Shown: piece by piece, positions 60,404 to 64,000 of the stretch
Position numbering within the stretch: the first letter of the stretch is position 1
Layout of the letters: each line of letters begins with the position of its first letter
NCBI GenBank assembly: GCA_964500975.1
Contig: CAZCQW010000004.1
Location: 9,816-73,815 of the forward strand
DNA: 64,000 bases
Direction: 5' to 3'
Origin: an uncultured Gammaproteobacteria bacterium
GTDB lineage: Bacteria; Patescibacteriota; Patescibacteriia; Patescibacteriales; UBA12465
The notes under the pieces: generated by a model
Databases searched by the model: none
The model's input: the letters and a program-made list of their open reading frames with translations, nothing else
What the model was told of the DNA's origin: nothing
Translations under genes and position numbers: made by a program

Positions 60404-61306
60404 TTATATCAAATTAAAAATATTAAAACTAGATTTTTTTTTGCCATGGATAATTGACTTTAAGTCACTAGCTAATTTTATAGCCTCAGTTAGCGGTCTT
60501 TGGTGGAGATTTCTTCCTATGGCTAGTCCATGGGTATTAGAAATTTCTAATTGATCTCTTGTAGTAGCGGCCATTTCTTTGCTTAATCGCATGCTTCCGC
60601 CAACACAAATTACCTTTGTTCTTCCGGCCGCCTTTGTGACTTCGGTATATTTTTCGGCCGTAATTTTGTTATTTTTTGCTCCATATGGATATTTCAATTT
60701 TACAAAATCCGTATCAAGGCAGGCAGCCACACCAGCTCCGCCAGATATTGTATGAATATCTTCTTCTTTAATATTTTTTCCTCGTGGATATATCCAGAGA
60801 ACACTTATTAAACCATTTTTGTGAGCTTCAAAAATTGCCTGAGAAATCTTGGCCATCATTTTTGACTCAAACTTGGAGCCAAGATAAAGAGTGTAGCCTA
60901 TTCCAACTACATTTAGATTGGATTGTTTTTTAAAATTAACAATGTCGTTTATTTTTAGCCAACAATCGCTTGAATCCTTTTCATCATTTGGCCCAATATT
61001 TGTCTTACCGTTAATTTTGATAATATATGGTATATTTTTATATTGCTCTCCATACCTCGAAACTAATCCAAAATGAGTCGCAAGCACAGCTCCTTTAGTT
61101 GCGTTCGCTATTTTGAATAAATGCTCAGGAGAAGAATCTTCTTTTGATATTTGTGGTCCAAAAAAGTCATCATTTAAATGTTCGATTTTTTGATCACCGG
61201 CAATTAATAGCATTTTTCCGGTACCTCCAGTTGCTAATTTATAGTTATTTCTGTATTCGGATCTTTTTGACTTTGGGACGCTAAGAGGAATTTTAATGTT
61301 TAACAT
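60404..61306 (-). CDS. Class I fructose-bisphosphate aldolase (DhnA/FbaB type)
   Basis: AGDQKIEHLN, GYTLYLGS, LWIYPRG, DFVKLKYP, GLAIGRN. Confidence 0.88.
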   Translation of the reverse strand: MLNIKIPLSVPKSKRSEYRNNYKLATGGTGKMLLIAGDQKIEHLNDDFFGPQISKEDSSPEHLFKIANATKGAVLATHFGLVSRYGEQYKNIPYIIKINGKTNIGPNDEKDSSDCWLKINDIVNFKKQSNLNVVGIGYTLYLGSKFESKMMAKISQAIFEAHKNGLISVLWIYPRGKNIKEEDIHTISGGAGVAACLDTDFVKLKYPYGAKNNKITAEKYTEVTKAAGRTKVICVGGSMRLSKEMAATTRDQLEISNTHGLAIGRNLHQRPLTEAIKLASDLKSIIHGKKKSSFNIFNLI

Positions 61307-61368
61307 GTATTTTATATAATTATTATAATATGCTATGCTAAGTATGTTAATGTAATTATAACATAATT

Positions 61369-62253
61369 ATGTCAAAAAATAAAAATGATGAAGCAAGTGA
61401 TTTAAAAAGATACAAAGACTCAAGCGGATTGACTATTCAAAAATTAAATTTTGGTCTTTGGTTGTCGGAAAAACGCCAAAAAATTACAAAGCTTTTTGTT
61501 TTGTTTTTGATTGTTTTATCGGTTACTTTGTTTGCGTATTCATCGTATAATTATATCGTTTATTTTTCCGACGACTCTGATTATAATATTGGTAGTCTTA
61601 ATTTAGTAACTTCTCCAAAAAATTTAGTCTCCGATTTAGAGATTTCTAGACCAATAATATTGAAAAATGAAGATAATTACGATCTTGCCGTACTAATTAA
61701 AAATCCAAATAATTATTTTGTTGCGCGCTTTAAATACTGTTTTGTTATAAGCCAATCGGAGAATTTGTGCTCAGACGGTTTTATTTTTCCGAACGAAGAA
61801 AAGTATTTTAGCGTTTTGGGAAGAAAGTCTGATAGTGGGTTTGGTGATGTTGGATTAGTTTTAAATGACCTGTCTTGGAGAAGAATTGATGCTCATGCAA
61901 TTCCTGATTGGGGGGTGTTTACTCGCGATCATTTAAACTTTGCTATTGATAATGTAGAGATTTTTTTAGCAAACGAAAAATCAACCTCGAATAATACCGA
62001 CACGCTTAGCTTTGTGGCCACTAATCGCAGTCCATATTCTTATTATGAATTGCCACTGACGATTGCTTTTTATAATAATGAAAATCTTATAGCTATAAAT
62101 ACATACTTGCTTCAAAAATTTTTGTCAGGAGAGAAAAGGGAAGTCCGTTTAAGTTGGCCGGGCTACCTGGCTGGAGTTACGAGAACTCAGATAACGCCTC
62201 ATCCAGACCTGTTTAATAATGAAATCTATTTAAAATATCAGGGCGCCAATTAG
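61369..62253 (+). CDS. Membrane-anchored hypothetical protein
   Basis: One TM, two beta-rich extracellular domains (IKNPN; L.SGEKR). Confidence 0.75.
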   Translation: MSKNKNDEASDLKRYKDSSGLTIQKLNFGLWLSEKRQKITKLFVLFLIVLSVTLFAYSSYNYIVYFSDDSDYNIGSLNLVTSPKNLVSDLEISRPIILKNEDNYDLAVLIKNPNNYFVARFKYCFVISQSENLCSDGFIFPNEEKYFSVLGRKSDSGFGDVGLVLNDLSWRRIDAHAIPDWGVFTRDHLNFAIDNVEIFLANEKSTSNNTDTLSFVATNRSPYSYYELPLTIAFYNNENLIAINTYLLQKFLSGEKREVRLSWPGYLAGVTRTQITPHPDLFNNEIYLKYQGAN

Positions 62254-62271
62254 TCTGTAATATTAATAATA

Positions 62272-63378
62272 ATGTTAAACCGTTTTAGGCTATACTTAAA
62301 AAATTTTGACTGGCTGATATTATCATCAGTCGTTCTTTTATTGGCCTTTAGTTTGGTTGAAATATATAGCGTAGCCTTGGGTCAAGAAAGGTTGAGTTTG
62401 CAAAACTTTCAAAAACAGTTTGTATTTGCGCTCATAGGGCTTTTTTTGTTGTTTGTATTTTCTTTTATAGATGTATATTCTATAAAAAGTTTTAGTCGTT
62501 ATTTTTATATACTAGCCGTCCTGGTATTAATTGCGGTATTAATTTTTGGCTCAACTAATCGTGGGACCAAGGGTTGGTTTAATATTTTTGGTTTTGGCTT
62601 GCAGCCGGTTGAATTTGTTAAGATAGTTTTAATACTGTTTTTGTCTAAGTTTTTTTCCGGATTAGCCACAAAAGTTAAAACTTCGCATCATTTTTTTGCC
62701 TCCGCTCTTAGTGCTGGTTTTTTAATTTTCTTAGTCTTATTGCAGCCAGATTTTGGATCTGCTTTAATTCTTGCGGCAATTTGGCTTATTTTAATTATCG
62801 CCGCAGGATTTCCTAAAAGGTATTTATTAATCATTGCTGTAACTGGCGTAGTAGTCTTTACGATTGCCTGGTTATTCTTATTTAAAACCTATCAAAAAGA
62901 GCGCATTCTGACATTTCTTGATCCAACGGCCAATTCTCTTGAATCTGGTTATAATATTTCTCAGGCCATGATTGCGGTTGGTTCGGGAGGTGTTATGGGT
63001 AAAGGGGTTGGATTTGGCTCTCAGTCACAGTTAAAATTCTTGCCAGAAGCTCAAAATGACTTTATTTTTGCAGTTATTGCTGAAGAATTAGGCTTATTAG
63101 GGGTATTATTAGTCTTGGGTTTCTACGTAATTTTCTTTTATCGTTGCTTCTCAGCCCTAAAGAAGGTTGGCAATGATTTTGGCATATATTTCATAATTGG
63201 AGCAGCAGGCTTGATTTTTATTCAAATGTTTATTAATATTGGTATGAACATAGGAATTATGCCGGTAGTGGGTTTACCTCTGCCTTTTGTCAGTTATGGC
63301 GGCAGTTCCTTATTATCTTTGCTAATATTGGTGGGGATAATTGAAAATATAATTATTAAATCAAAAATTAGCTATTAA
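62272..63378 (+). CDS. rodA: SEDS peptidoglycan polymerase RodA
   Basis: LQPVEF.K, QPDFG, GYNI.Q..IAVGSGG, LPEAQNDFIF, GLPLPFVSYGGSS. Confidence 0.9.
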   Translation: MLNRFRLYLKNFDWLILSSVVLLLAFSLVEIYSVALGQERLSLQNFQKQFVFALIGLFLLFVFSFIDVYSIKSFSRYFYILAVLVLIAVLIFGSTNRGTKGWFNIFGFGLQPVEFVKIVLILFLSKFFSGLATKVKTSHHFFASALSAGFLIFLVLLQPDFGSALILAAIWLILIIAAGFPKRYLLIIAVTGVVVFTIAWLFLFKTYQKERILTFLDPTANSLESGYNISQAMIAVGSGGVMGKGVGFGSQSQLKFLPEAQNDFIFAVIAEELGLLGVLLVLGFYVIFFYRCFSALKKVGNDFGIYFIIGAAGLIFIQMFINIGMNIGIMPVVGLPLPFVSYGGSSLLSLLILVGIIENIIIKSKISY

Positions 63379-63382
63379 ATCT

Positions 63383-64000
63383 ATGGAATTTAAACTAAAA
63401 GCAGAAAAAAGAGAGAAAAATGAAAAAATAAGTGCTGATCTTATTCCAGCAGTTGTTTACGGAAATGGCATTGAAAGTCAGAGCTTAAAATTAAAAAAGG
63501 TTGATTTTGAAAAAGCTTTTTCTTTGGCTGGAGAATCCAATCTAATTGATTTGGATTACGGCACTGGCGTTGTTAAAGTTTTAGTAAAAGATGTTCAACG
63601 TGATGTTTTAAAATATACTTTTTCTCATGTTGATTTTTATCAAGTTAACATGAAGGAAAAGGTTACCGCTGAAATCAGACTTCACTTTGTGGGCGAATCA
63701 AAAGCTATTAAAGAATTGGGCGGTATGTTAATGAAAGAAATTAATGAATTAGAAGTAGAGTGTTTGCCAACTGATTTAGTAGATCATATTGATGTAGATA
63801 TTTCTGTTTTAAATACTTTTGATGATGTTATAAAAATTGCAGATTTAAGCTTGCCGGCCGGTCTTAAATTAATGAACCATAATGGAGAGGGTGTAGTTGC
63901 AATGGTTGTTGAACCTAAGGCTCACGAAGAAGAAGTAAAACCGGTTGAAGCTGTTCCAGCTGCCGCTCCGGCTAAGGACGCTAAAAAAGAAGAAGTAAAG
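63383..64000 (+). CDS. rplY: 50S ribosomal protein L25/Ctc (runs off window)
   Basis: MEFKLKAEKR..IPAVVYG, VLVKDVQRD, HVDFY, EVECLP. Confidence 0.9.
   Translation, partial: MEFKLKAEKREKNEKISADLIPAVVYGNGIESQSLKLKKVDFEKAFSLAGESNLIDLDYGTGVVKVLVKDVQRDVLKYTFSHVDFYQVNMKEKVTAEIRLHFVGESKAIKELGGMLMKEINELEVECLPTDLVDHIDVDISVLNTFDDVIKIADLSLPAGLKLMNHNGEGVVAMVVEPKAHEEEVKPVEAVPAAAPAKDAKKEEVK

Noticed and set aside
1-64000. Full genetic code 25 (Gracilibacteria/SR1-type)
   Set aside because: Long genes are intact under code 11 with only one in-frame TGA; established code-25 genomes would be fragmented throughout

Overview
AT-rich chromosomal window (about 52 complete genes, almost all on +) from a reduced-genome bacterium. 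Gene content and AT-rich, mostly Shine-Dalgarno-less start regions suggest Patescibacteria/CPR (Parcubacteria-like); this is inference. Contents in order: MacAB-type ABC exporter, class Ia nrdAB with NrdR-like boxes, ackA(deleted)-pyk-eno, greA, PIN-PhoH, lemA/TPM, rlmH, AlkD, a dual ATP-grasp/GNAT/SET operon next to HU, a Phd-RelE TA pair, ECF sigma/DUF5667-like gene/structured leader/S-layer-like gene, large surface proteins, RNase P RNA, glycosyltransferases, mnmA, tRNA-Leu(CAA), parAB, dnaE, class I aldolase, rodA and rplY. Most notable: (1) the dual ATP-grasp + GNAT + SET operon; (2) a recurring CCGCC-N3-GGCGG hairpin just upstream of several start codons; (3) a repeated +1 motif behind two perfect sigma70 promoters; (4) an ECF promoter and ~500-nt structured leader ahead of the S-layer-like gene; (5) no gene ends in TGA, while one in-frame TGA sits at a conserved Gly; (6) four lesioned genes (permease, ackA, dinD, parB).
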